From contig JAHLTZ010000013.1 in the NCBI GenBank assembly GCA_025786725.1, positions 62,001 through 126,000 of the forward strand: a stretch of 64,000 bases of DNA, given 5' to 3'. This DNA comes from Syncephalis fuscata S228. Lineage: Eukaryota > Fungi > Zoopagomycota. Below the pieces are notes generated by a model, which made no database searches, had not been told where the DNA came from, and saw nothing but the letters and a program-made list of their open reading frames with translations. Below, piece after piece: positions 53,329 through 64,000 of the stretch. The stretch's first letter is position 1. Every line of letters begins with the position of its first letter. The translations under genes were made by a program, and so were the position numbers.

Positions 53329-56300
53329 TTAACGAGTCAATCGATCGTTTAATTGAATGGCCAAATCAGTGTCAAGATCTGCCTGTGCTTGTTGTAGAGC
53401 ACCGGGCATACCTAGAACGCTATCACATATTGATAGAGCATTTTGCACTTGTTTCTTTAACTCGACCGTATGGACTGGATCCGTTGATAATAGCTATAAT
53501 ATATATGGGTGTTTAATATTTGTATATAGCTTATTACTTTTACTTACTGCACGACGACGTTTCTCTTCTGCAGTATCTGCGGATATTGGCTGCATTTGAT
53601 ATGCATCCTCTTCCATATCAGGTTCATCGCTAACTTGTATTAAATCACTAATAGATGTCAAATATTAAATTTCAAATCAAACTACTCCGTAATAAATACT
53701 TACTCTGTTCCATCTTCAGCCCGTATTTCATACAATACTTCAGTCCAAATATTGGCAAATTGCGTATAATAATGAAGAACGATAGGGTCACCCGAAATGA
53801 ATAGTTCTGTCAAGGCCATAGCACATAATTTACGATGTTTTGGATGTCCAAGATTATCAAACTACAGTTACAACAATCATTGTTATATGGCTAGAATGGT
53901 AGAAGTAGGATCTCTTACTCGTTCAAACCATATGTTAAGGAATACACCTAAGATTCTTGTTGCATCGACATTGAATGAGCCAGCTGCATCACGCAGTACT
54001 TGTAGGAATGCTGTCTTATCTGCCAATATAATACGGGCTAGAACAACAAAGTAATGAGCTAGAATATTAAATTGTTCCTAAGTATACAATAAATTATATT
54101 AAAATATATATATTATACTTAAAAGTTAACTTTTACTATTTAATAACATTATTATTATTACTACTAACCTTGGTCTCTATGGCCACACGAATCATCGTAA
54201 GCAATAGATTACTGGACATCATAATTGGTCCATATAGAGTAATAGATGTCTTTTCAGAAATACGCTCGATAAGCTGTAATATACCTCGAGTGGCCCTTAC
54301 ACGAACACCATCGACTAGATTAGCCAGTAGACCAAATAGTGCTTCGCCATGATGCTATATCAATGTATCAATCAGTATATATACATACATATATATATAT
54401 ATATATTATAATTACTCATTACCGTTAATAAATATTCTGCATCAATAAGCGTATAACTTTCAACAATACGTAAAGCAGTAATAAAACTGTCTGATCCATA
54501 TTCGAGTAGAGCAATGGCTGCCGGCAATAATTCGACCAGTTCATTTGTTAATTGTGGTGTATTCTGAACAGTAATCCACCATAATTCAAGTCCATCCTCG
54601 CCTAAATATACAAATTCTGGCTATATTTTTATTATTATTAATAATACATATAATAACAATACTAATACCACTTACTGTAGTAGGATTGACACACATACGC
54701 ACCAAGGGTGCAACAAGACCGTGTAAGGCAACTGAATCTGTTTTCAATGCCTTTAAAATAACATTAGTCCATTATATACTATCTACATATATATATATAT
54801 CATTATTACAACTTACGCCAATCAATTTGTTCACAGTTACTAGAATTGATGCTCGGAACATATGCTCCTCCTCACCAACATCCCATAATGGCGGTAATAG
54901 TTGAGCAATCTGTATAGCAAATGGAGCAATCTATTATAATATATATATATATATATAAGTATTAAATCAATAGTATTACCAAGTTCTTGATACACTTACC
55001 TCATGTTCCATACGTTCAACAATAACCGACATACAATTAAGAATACGCATACGTGTCTCAGCCTCAGACGAATCTCTTAGTATATGAGCCAACATAGTAA
55101 CTGTATTTTCTAGATAAGGTGAGAAATCAGTTGCTTCAAATTCCCAGTCATCTACACGTAAATACTAAGTTAATCAGATAACATAAACTATAACATATAA
55201 TATATCTATATGTGTATGCATGTATGTATAAAGGATATATTTACGAAGACTTTCAGCTGCTGTTAATCGAACAATAATGCTTCTTCTTCATGCATAAGCG
55301 TAACAATAAGTTGATAAATGGCCGGTCTAGATGCCTTTGACACTTTAACCGATATCCATTGCCCAATAAGCCAGGCAATACGTTGACGTATTAAAGGTTG
55401 ACTGGTATTTATAAGTATGAATATAACATCTAATCTATCATAGAACACACTTACCTACGATCCGATTGTTCCAATTCTACATAAAGTCTATGTTGAAGCC
55501 AATCATCAAAATTTAATACTTCATACAACTCATGTGCACTCAATCCAGCTGCACAATAAACGGCATCTTTAAGTAAAAGACCTTCAGGATCACTTCGATC
55601 TAATAAATAGTAGTAATTATTAATATTAACATTGATATTAATCATATATTTACCTGAAACGCTTTCAAGCATTGAGATAACAAATGGTGCTAATCGATCA
55701 CGATATTCTGACATCATATCCATAAACAGCTTTTCTGAACATTTCTATTACAATGGCAACCATTAATACAACCAGTATAATTATCAATATAGAATAGATA
55801 CCCGTAATTTATATTCATAGGCATCGGCTGCTTCTTCAATAAGCCACACTTCCGAATCGTCCTCCCATGCTGCTATGTCTACCGAGGATAATGGTAGAAA
55901 TCGACCAACAATTGTCTCGACACAAGTACTGGCAAATTCTGGTGTTAATAACTGTTGGTCCAATATATTACGTGCATCAAGAGTCTCTTGGAATGTTTTG
56001 GCTATAGTATATTAGATTATTTATATATAGTTATATTTTATATATCAAATGTATTTAGTTAATTTACCTCCTTTCTGTGGTGTATACAACACATTTTTAA
56101 TAAGGGCTCGTAAAAGTGTCATGCCTTGAATAAGACAACGTTCCACAACTTGTGATTCAATTGGCTGTCCCAAATTGTGTTGTTGTCCTTTAGTAGCAAT
56201 AATATTCCAGTAATTATGTATAATAACCATTGATTTAGGGGCCAGTACAAATGGTATAGGACGGTAATACTGTGCATCGATGTAGAATTTACCTACAAGT

Positions 56301-56359
56301 GTAGCATGTTTACCAATTAATACTGCCTCAGTTGATTCAGATAGACCCATTAACTCGTC

Positions 56360-56392
<33 letters not shown>

Positions 56393-57585
56393 GTTATTAG
56401 TTGTTGGATGACAGTTACTAAATTACTTACATGCACTAAGAAAATGTTGTAAATGTTCATAAAGTGCCGTGAAGAGTGACTATTACAATAATAGTATAAT
56501 TATTAATATCAATGTTAATACAACCATCGTTATATACTTGCCAATGGCGTCTCCTGCTTTGTAAAATCTTCAAATCCATGAGCAATTAATCGACGTAAAC
56601 ATTTAAGTGCCACTAGTGATATTTGCATATCATTTGCCATTTCAGAATATGATTGCTGTTGTTTAATACTGGACATCCACTGCTCCATATGTGAATGATA
56701 TATTTGTCCAACATGATAAAATAACTCGGGAGATATCTAATTATGCAAATTAGTTATCGTATAAAATAGATATTACGTAGTTAATACATACTTCTTGGAA
56801 TGCCTTTCTACTAGCTGTTAATGTCTTTGAACATAATGACTTCACTACCAAATGCAGCGTGTATAGTGCCCGTTGTTTAATCAATCGAGACTGTGTCATA
56901 TCAGTCAATGTACTGGCTGATTGAATGATTGACAGTAATGTTTGTAATAAAGTATCCCTGTCAACATCAGTAGTCAATATTATTATTATTATTAAATATT
57001 ACGAATAATTAATGAGTAAAACTTACCATTCCATTGGAAAATCACATCGAGCAATTTTAGCTACAATAACTGCATTTTGGACTGCCAACTAATTAAGTTA
57101 GATTAAGTATTAATTGCGTGCTTTTATAAAAAGTATACTATGTTTATTTACCGTTGACAACTCTTCATCCATATTTTCAAATAAGCGATTACGTATAATG
57201 GATTTCTCCTCTCGTTGGATGGCACTAATGTATTAACAGTTATTATAACTATATCAATGATAAATCATTGCTTACTTGTTGGCAGAACGGCGCCAATAAC
57301 GACCAATACCATTCTTAAGTTGAATAATGGCTTGCCAGCGTACATTTTGGTCAAGTGACTTGTTCAGAAATATATCCTAAGAGCAAAGGCTTAGTTGTTG
57401 GTGTGGACTATTCACTATTCAGTGCTGCTTACTTGGAGGGTACTAAAATAGCCGGTCTCGGTCGACCATTCTCGCAATAGTTCTTCAGCTGCTTGTAGTC
57501 GAGCTGGTTCTTGGGATGCAATTTCATTTAAAGCGTAGAGCAGTCGATCGCGTGCATTCTCAGCAATAGGAAATGGAGAAGCCAT
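53329..57585 (-). CDS. IPO11: Importin-11 (karyopherin-beta, KAP120-like), many exons, apparent 1-nt frameshift at ~55279
   Basis: IBN_N motif RWQAIIQLKNGIGRYWRR; VAKIARCDFPMEW; LLKDAVYCAAGL; RQRIAWLIGQW; VRLTAAESL; VDDWEF; YLGEDGLELW. Confidence 0.9.
55158..55238 (-). other. U12-type AT-AC intron in importin-11
   Basis: 5' end ATATCCTTT, 3' end …gattaacttagtatttAC. Removal gives ESLRKCVDDWEF in frame. Confidence 0.85.
56361..56391 (+). repeat. (GTT)n microsatellite at an intron 3' end
   Basis: About 10 units seen directly. Confidence 0.9.
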
Positions 57586-57856
57586 GTTGGACGGGTGCCG
57601 TAACTTAAGGTGATGGCGGCACGATTAAAAGATAGTAGACAACTAAACCGGTAAAGAAAAGGAAAGAAAGCCAAAGAAAGAGAAAGAAAGAGGATTGCTT
57701 CAAGCGCGCGCACAACTATATCTGACTGGCGATATCAATAATGATAATGATAATGATAATATTAACGGTACTAATAATGTGTCGACGTCTTATTATAAGC
57801 TACCATTTGGAGTTTTCTTCTTTTTTAATCTACGCTTGTACACACACACACACAGT

Positions 57857-58555
57857 ATGAATCTCATTACAGCCGATACACGTATCAAGTAATATGCTGA
57901 TAATATATATAATTATAGCTATTAGTCAATTCTAATGTATATATCTCTGTATATGTATATGTATTTGTTTATTATTATTTTATAGAGTTAGTTCGGTGCT
58001 TAACCGCGATACAACCAATTACGGTAAACAGAATTTGACAGATGGCAGTGAAGAGACATGCTGGAATTCAGACCAAGTAAGTAGTGTAGCTATTAGCCTA
58101 TTGGACTAGTATAAAGCTTCGTAAACCAAGTGATAACTATGGCTATTGTGGTATATTTAGCAATGTCCTCAGTATATTGCTCTTGATTTTGGTCGGTCCG
58201 TTAAGCCTGATACCATTTATTTAATGTTCCAAGGTGGATTTGTAGGACGTGTTGCTCGTATATTAGTCGCATCGGTCATATCAACTGATACAACAACAAC
58301 AACGATAGGTCCTTATACCGATTTAACCTCCATCTATCCTGAAGATATTAACGCGTTACAAATATCCTTTTTTACTCTGTAAACATTTATTAGCTTTAAA
58401 TAGCGCTTTATTATTCTTAACTTGTACTTTACAGCTTTAAACTACCAGTACAAGATGCGCCAATACAGCGCATGAAAATTATATTCGATGAAAGTAGCGA
58501 TCACTATGGCCGTATTACTATTTATCGATTGGAGATTACAGGTGCCCATGCTTAA
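57857..58555 (+). CDS. NR2C2AP: Nuclear receptor 2C2-associated protein (TRA16)-like galactose-binding-fold protein, 4 exons
   Basis: Motifs VSSVLNRD…YGKQNLTDGSEETCWNSDQ, FQGGFVG, YPEDINALQ, SSDHYGRITIYRLEI. Confidence 0.88.
58362..58432 (+). other. U12-type AT-AC intron in the NR2C2AP-like gene
   Basis: 5' end ATATCCTTT, branch TTCTTAAC about 11 nt before the terminal AC. Removal restores the frame NALQ|SFKLP. Confidence 0.9.
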
Positions 58556-60776
58556 ATTGTAATAAACAATAAAAATGGCCACTGGTATTGGCAGTCAATT
58601 AGTTGGACATTTACTTTGCATCTTCCAAAGCAGTAAACTTTTTTACGCAATTCATTGTGATGATTTGAATAGTTGACGAGTTGCTTGGATTAAATTGTGT
58701 TTAAATGATTATTTACAATAAATATCAACATAATGTAATAACATTATCATTCTATAAAATTGATTAAATGTTACAAAAAAGTGTATCAGCAACTGCTATT
58801 TTAAACATTTTAATAAACAACGTAACATACTATTTTTATTTTATTAAAACATTTGAGGTTGATCATTGTTGTTGTTAGCCATGTGTGGAAAGATTGATAG
58901 AATATTAATAGAAGCCATGCTTGGTATCAACTTGATAGACGCAGTTTATTTGTTGGCCATTAATAAAGTAAATGGCCTTCACCATATTCAATACTGATAG
59001 GTTGAGTGTTTTCATTAGGAATATTTTGGGACGACAGTTGTAACCAGATAATACGGCATACCGTTGAGGTTACTTGAACAGGCGTTGGTGTAAATAAGAG
59101 AAATAAAGACTAGGGCTAAAATAATGTTTTTTATTAATGTTCAAATACACATGCTATTTATATTGTTATATTTGGCATTATCGTATAATATATTACTGAA
59201 TAAAACAACAAGATAGCAATAGGAAAAGACGGTGGAATGAGTAAATAAAAATGTGGGAGTTAAAGTAAAAATGATTTGATCATGTAAATATTACGCACTC
59301 AATCCAATATTTTGTTTTATTTTAATATATAGCTATACAACTTTTATTAATGGTCAATAAATAAATTAATCTGTCTTTCTATTGTTGCAATGATGCATGA
59401 TATTAGTTGCTTACTCTGATAAATAATTAAATTGAGCCTTATAATGGTTGGCTTAATTGGTGGTTGTATAAATGTAAGTATATAAGAGGTTACAGTGTGG
59501 CTGTAAATATATATTTGCACAAACAACCAGAACTATAAAGTATAGTGACAATAATCAGTTATTTGACTACTAAACTTGGTAATTCAATTCTATTTACATC
59601 TCTCTGTTTTCTGTGCGTTATTTCGGTTTAACGTTGCTGCTGTTCTGGTCGCACCAGCAATAGCCAACTTTTGATAAATGCAGCCCAGCTTAGCATAGCT
59701 ATAATGATTTGCTATAGATTAAGCCAGTAAGCCTTTGAGCTGCCAATTGTTTTTCCATTGGTTTCTGCTTTGGCTTGTACTTCTATATTCCATTTTGCTT
59801 AACTTGTCAGAAGTGGTTTCAAAAATGTAACCAGCACTTAAGCTTTGGATGCTTACCAATTGATATGTAATCTATCGATATTATGCATTTGAATCGCTGG
59901 TATTTGGTTAGAGCTTTCTATTGTGTCTAGTCTAGTGTCTTCATATTGTATTGCGTATAATTTAGTCAATGCAATTTAGTTTACAGCTGAAAACTAATGA
60001 CAAAAATGACTTGTTGGAATGTTCCATTGCTCAAAATGCCGTGATGCATCATGTTACAAACAGTACTTATTGTATAGTCGGTTTCAGGTAATTTGGATTA
60101 GCCTCTGTTTGAATGATGGTAGTTGCACAGCATGTAACATAATATGCCTAGATGTAATGCGTTTGTGAATTCGAAACAATTGCTACTCCATAACAATGGG
60201 CATAGTGTCGAATGAAATACATGTGTGTACCAATCAATACACTTTATAATTTGAGGAATGACGACTAATTTATATGTATCATTAAAAACTTGTATAAAAA
60301 TACTAGTTTAATACATTAAACTTGTTTTTTGTATCAGTGCTGTGTGTTATTATGTATAAGTGCAAATATTAAAAACCGAATTATTCAATGAAAGCAAGAA
60401 CAAAGACATCATCATTATCATTTATAAAGCCAAGTAATATGCTTATTTTTACCAAATAGGTAGATTGTGTAATAGAAAATACAGATTAATATATCTATTT
60501 TTATTGAATATGTACTGGATTATGAACACTGTTACAGTACTTGTGTAAATGACTAGCAGATTGAAGTAAAGACTGGGCAGGTTTAAATTAAGACTGGATA
60601 GGTTGAAACCAAGCCTGAGCAGGTTGAAACCAAGGCTGGAAAGCATGCTATTACGCCATGAATCTATTAGTACACGCGCACCTCAAAGTATTATTTGGAT
60701 TGTCTTATTGGTCCATATTACACATCAATGGTATATATCGTATACTACAGTATACTAGCATCCCAGCATAACCGTA

Positions 60777-60789
60777 AGTATAAATAGCC
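60777..60789 (+). promoter_or_regulatory. TATA-box-like element upstream of peptide gene 1
   Basis: gtataaatagccc, conserved in the duplicate at ~63174 and ~130 nt upstream of the ATG. Confidence 0.55.
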
Positions 60790-60909
60790 CACAAAATATA
60801 CACAACCAACTGCGATATCATCAGCACATTCTACTTCTTGTTATACACGTATTACCAACCACACTCTACGATCTCTTTTATTTGTTTGTCTTAACAAATC
60901 AATATCATC

Positions 60910-61113
60910 ATGAAGCTTTCTATTGCCATTGTTTGCACCGTCGTTGTGGCTCTGGTAGCCACTACAGTCATGGTGGATGCTAAACCAGCTTTAGCTCGTC
61001 AATATTCTAGGCAGTGCCTTGATTGTCGCGAAAACTGCGACGAGCGTTACGGTGGCCGCATCCGCAGCGCTGCTTGTCGGAAATTTAGCTGTGCCAAAGA
61101 CTGTCGTGAATAA
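60910..61113 (+). CDS. Secreted Cys-rich peptide precursor (6 Cys)
   Basis: Signal MKLSIAIVCTVVVALVATTVMVDA; mature region CxxCxxxC…CxxxxCxxxC. Confidence 0.85.
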   Translation: MKLSIAIVCTVVVALVATTVMVDAKPALARQYSRQCLDCRENCDERYGGRIRSAACRKFSCAKDCRE

Positions 61114-61407
61114 TTACTTTTAAAACATCAGCATTGGCAGTGCAATCAAACCACTATTCCAATACACTTTAGATATATATTTGGTAAAAGCAAAACTATT
61201 TGACAGCTACGCCGTTCATTCTATTTATATATCAAGTTTTGGTCAATGCTCCAGTTCACGCACTCTTTAATCAATAAAATTGTTACTCTATCAACAAGTT
61301 TACAATTACTTGCCCCTCTTCAATTGTGCAGGCTTATAGTAATAAATAAATGCTAATTTATGTTATTGTCGCTATAAAGTATTCAAAATATTATAATTTA
61401 ATATTTA

Positions 61408-61720
61408 ATGGTACATACATGTATATACTAATGCAACAACAATGAATGCGGGATGACATAGAATCGCAATCATATGGCTTATATTGATATTCAATCAATC
61501 TTTCTACGCATACCTAACAACAGCAATAATAATCGGCTTCAAATATTTCAAAGCAATCAAATGGTATGTTACATTATTTATTTAAATCAATTTATTAATA
61601 ATATTTTAATAGAAATCAATATAATTGTATTGTGCATCAGTGCAACTTCAATTGGAACGAATTTTGCTTTGAAAACTTTAAATGTGGGAGTCAAAGTAAA
61701 AATGATTTGATCATGTAAAT
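61408..61720. repeat. Dispersed repeat copy B at the junction of the duplicated units
   Basis: Inverted, diverged match to 781-1145. Confidence 0.8.
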
Positions 61721-63779
61721 ATTACGCGCTCAATCCAATATTTTGTTTTATTTTAATATATAGCTATACAACTTTTATTAATGGTCAATAAATAAAATTA
61801 ATCTGTCTTTCTATTGTTGCAATAATGTATAATATTAGCTGCTTATTTTAATAAGTAATTAGATTAAGCCTTATAATAGTTGGCTTAGTTGATGATCGTG
61901 TACATGTAAGTATTTAAGAAGTTACAGTGTGATTGGGAATATTTATTCATACAAACAACCAGAATTATAAATTGTAGTGCCAATAACAAGTTATTTAATT
62001 ACTAAACTCGTTAATTCAATTTTACTTACATCTCTCTGTTTTCTGTGCGTTATCTTAGTTTAATGTTGCTGCTGTTCTGGTCGCATCAGCAACAGCCAAC
62101 TTTTGATAAATGCAGTCCAGCTTAGCATAGGTACAATGATTTGTTATAGGTCAAACCAGTAAGCCTTTGAGCTGCCAATTGTTTTTTCATTGGTTTCTGC
62201 TTTGGCTTGTCCTTCTATATTCCATTTTGTTTAACTTGTTAGAAGTGGTTTCAAAAATGTAACCAGCACTTAGGCCTTAGATGATTATCAGCTGATGTAC
62301 AATCCATAACCATCATGTACTCGAAATTACTGGTAATTGGTTAAAACTTTCTATTGTGTCTAGTCTAGTGTCTTCATATTGTATTGCGTGTAATTTAGTT
62401 AATGAAATTTAGTTTACAGTTGAAAGACTGATAAAAATGATTTGTTAAAATATTCCATTGCTTAGAATGCCATGATGCATCATCCTACAAATAGTACTTA
62501 TTGTATAGTCGGTTTCAGGTGGTTTGAATTAGTTGCCATCTGAATGATAGCAGTTGCACATGTGGCATGATATGCCTGGATGTGATGTATTTGTGAATTT
62601 GAAACAATGATTGCCCCATAACAATGGGCATAGTGTCAAATGAAATATATGCATGTACCAATCAACACACTTTATAATTTAAAAAATTATACTTGATTTA
62701 TGTATGGCAGTAAAAACCTGTATAAAATATCAATTTGATACATTAAGCTTGCTTTTGTATCAGTGTTGTGTGTTATTCTGTATGCAACAGATATTGAGGG
62801 CAAAGTCGGTAGAAATGGCAAAGACATCATTATCATTTTACAAAGCCAAACAATATACTTGCTTTTACCAAATAGTTAGGCCGTGTAACAAAAAATACAG
62901 ACGAATATGCCAATTTTTATTGCATATGTACTAGGTTATGAACATTTTACACCATTCGTGCAAATGGCTAGCATATTGGAGTAAAGACCGGGCAGGTTAA
63001 AAGCAAGACTGAGTAGATTGAAATTAAGCCTAGGCAGCATGCTATCACACCCTGAAACCATTGATGCATGCACACCTCAAACCATTATTTGGATTGCTTT
63101 ATTGGTTCATATTGCACATCAATAGTGTACCTCATATACTACAGCATACTAGTGTATCTCAGTATAACCGTAAGTATAAATAGCCCACGAAATACACACA
63201 ACCAACTGCAATAGCATCATTACACTCTACTTCTTGCTATACACGCACTACTATACACTTTACACCAACCATACTCTATTGTCTGCTCTGTTTGTTTGTC
63301 TTAACAAATTAATATCAACATGAAGCTTTCTATTGCCGTCATTTGCACTGTCGTTGTGGCGCTTGTGGCCGTTACAACCATGGCGGGTGCTAATCCAGCT
63401 TTAGTTCGTCGCGCTCTAAAAGGGGAAAGTTGTCCTGATTGCATAAACAGATGCAAGTGGGGCATTTTTCGCACTAAGGAGTGGTGTGCTAGCGAGAAGG
63501 GATGGTGCTTTATTCCATGTCAATGTCCTACTTGCCCGTAATCGATGGTTCCAAGACATCTGCATTGGTAGTGCAATCAAGCCACTATTCCAATACACTT
63601 TAGGTATATATTCGGTGAAAAGCAAGACCATTTGACAACTACACCGTCCAGTCTATTTATATATCAAGTTTTGGCCAATGCTCCGGTTTATCTAGTCTTT
63701 AATCAATGGAATCACTATTTTAGCAACATATTTGCATCTAGTTGCTTCTATTCAACTTTGTAAGCTTATAATAATAAAT
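61680..63779 (+). repeat. Tandem segmental duplication unit 2
   Basis: Colinear match to 59249-61347. Confidence 0.92.
63320..63541 (+). CDS. Secreted Cys-rich peptide precursor (8 Cys)
   Basis: Signal MKLSIAVICTVVVALVAVTTMAGA, dibasic RR, mature region CxxCxxxC…C…CxxxCxCxxC. Confidence 0.85.
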   Translation: MKLSIAVICTVVVALVAVTTMAGANPALVRRALKGESCPDCINRCKWGIFRTKEWCASEKGWCFIPCQCPTCP

Positions 63780-64000
63780 CTATGGTTTCATCTTAGCTAT
63801 ATACAATCAAATTGCTATACCTATAACCATGTTCTATTTGCATTCAATAATGACAATTATCAATTAAATAATTAAATTAATAACAAAATGTGTATAGTTA
63901 TATCGCCTAAGCTATAGGCATAGATTGGTATGGATAGTAGCAAAGCTATTATTATCATATAGCCAAGTAATAGTATGCTGAAATTAGAATAAATACGCCT

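Larger units (their letters stand above)
59249..61347 (+). repeat. Tandem segmental duplication unit 1 (~2.1 kb)
   Basis: Colinear diverged match to 61680-63779 throughout, except in the mature-peptide region. Confidence 0.92.

Noticed and set aside
59590-59840. Well-conserved GC-richer block in both duplicated units as a possible gene
   Set aside because: Stops in the frames checked and no consistent splice model; at most a relic.

Overview
AT-rich eukaryotic (fungal) genomic DNA with short (~45-110 nt) spliceosomal introns. The gene content resembles an early-diverging fungus, e.g. a Syncephalis-like Zoopagomycota mycoparasite (inference, not verified). Conserved genes: CASTOR/ACT protein, oxalate-CoA ligase-like enzyme, HAL-family kinase, alpha-arrestin, P1B ATPase, NDUFS4, PET100, DOHH, importin-11 and an NR2C2AP-like protein. 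These are interleaved with secreted effector-like genes: Cys-rich proteins, a pseudokinase, Asn- and Pro/Ala-rich repeat proteins, a trypsin and two hypervariable Cys-rich peptides in a 2.4-kb tandem duplication. There is also a convergent pair of paralogous 7TM receptors and several non-autonomous inverted-repeat elements. Most notable: (1) two AT-AC U12-type introns in adjacent divergent genes; (2) an FLC/PKD2-type TRP-like membrane protein with an inserted hevein/CBM18 chitin-binding module; (3) an alpha/beta-hydrolase fused to a tyrosine-phosphatase-like domain; (4) duplicated peptide precursors with conserved leaders but unrelated mature regions; (5) a hidden 5-exon secreted pseudokinase. 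All exon models were assembled by eye.
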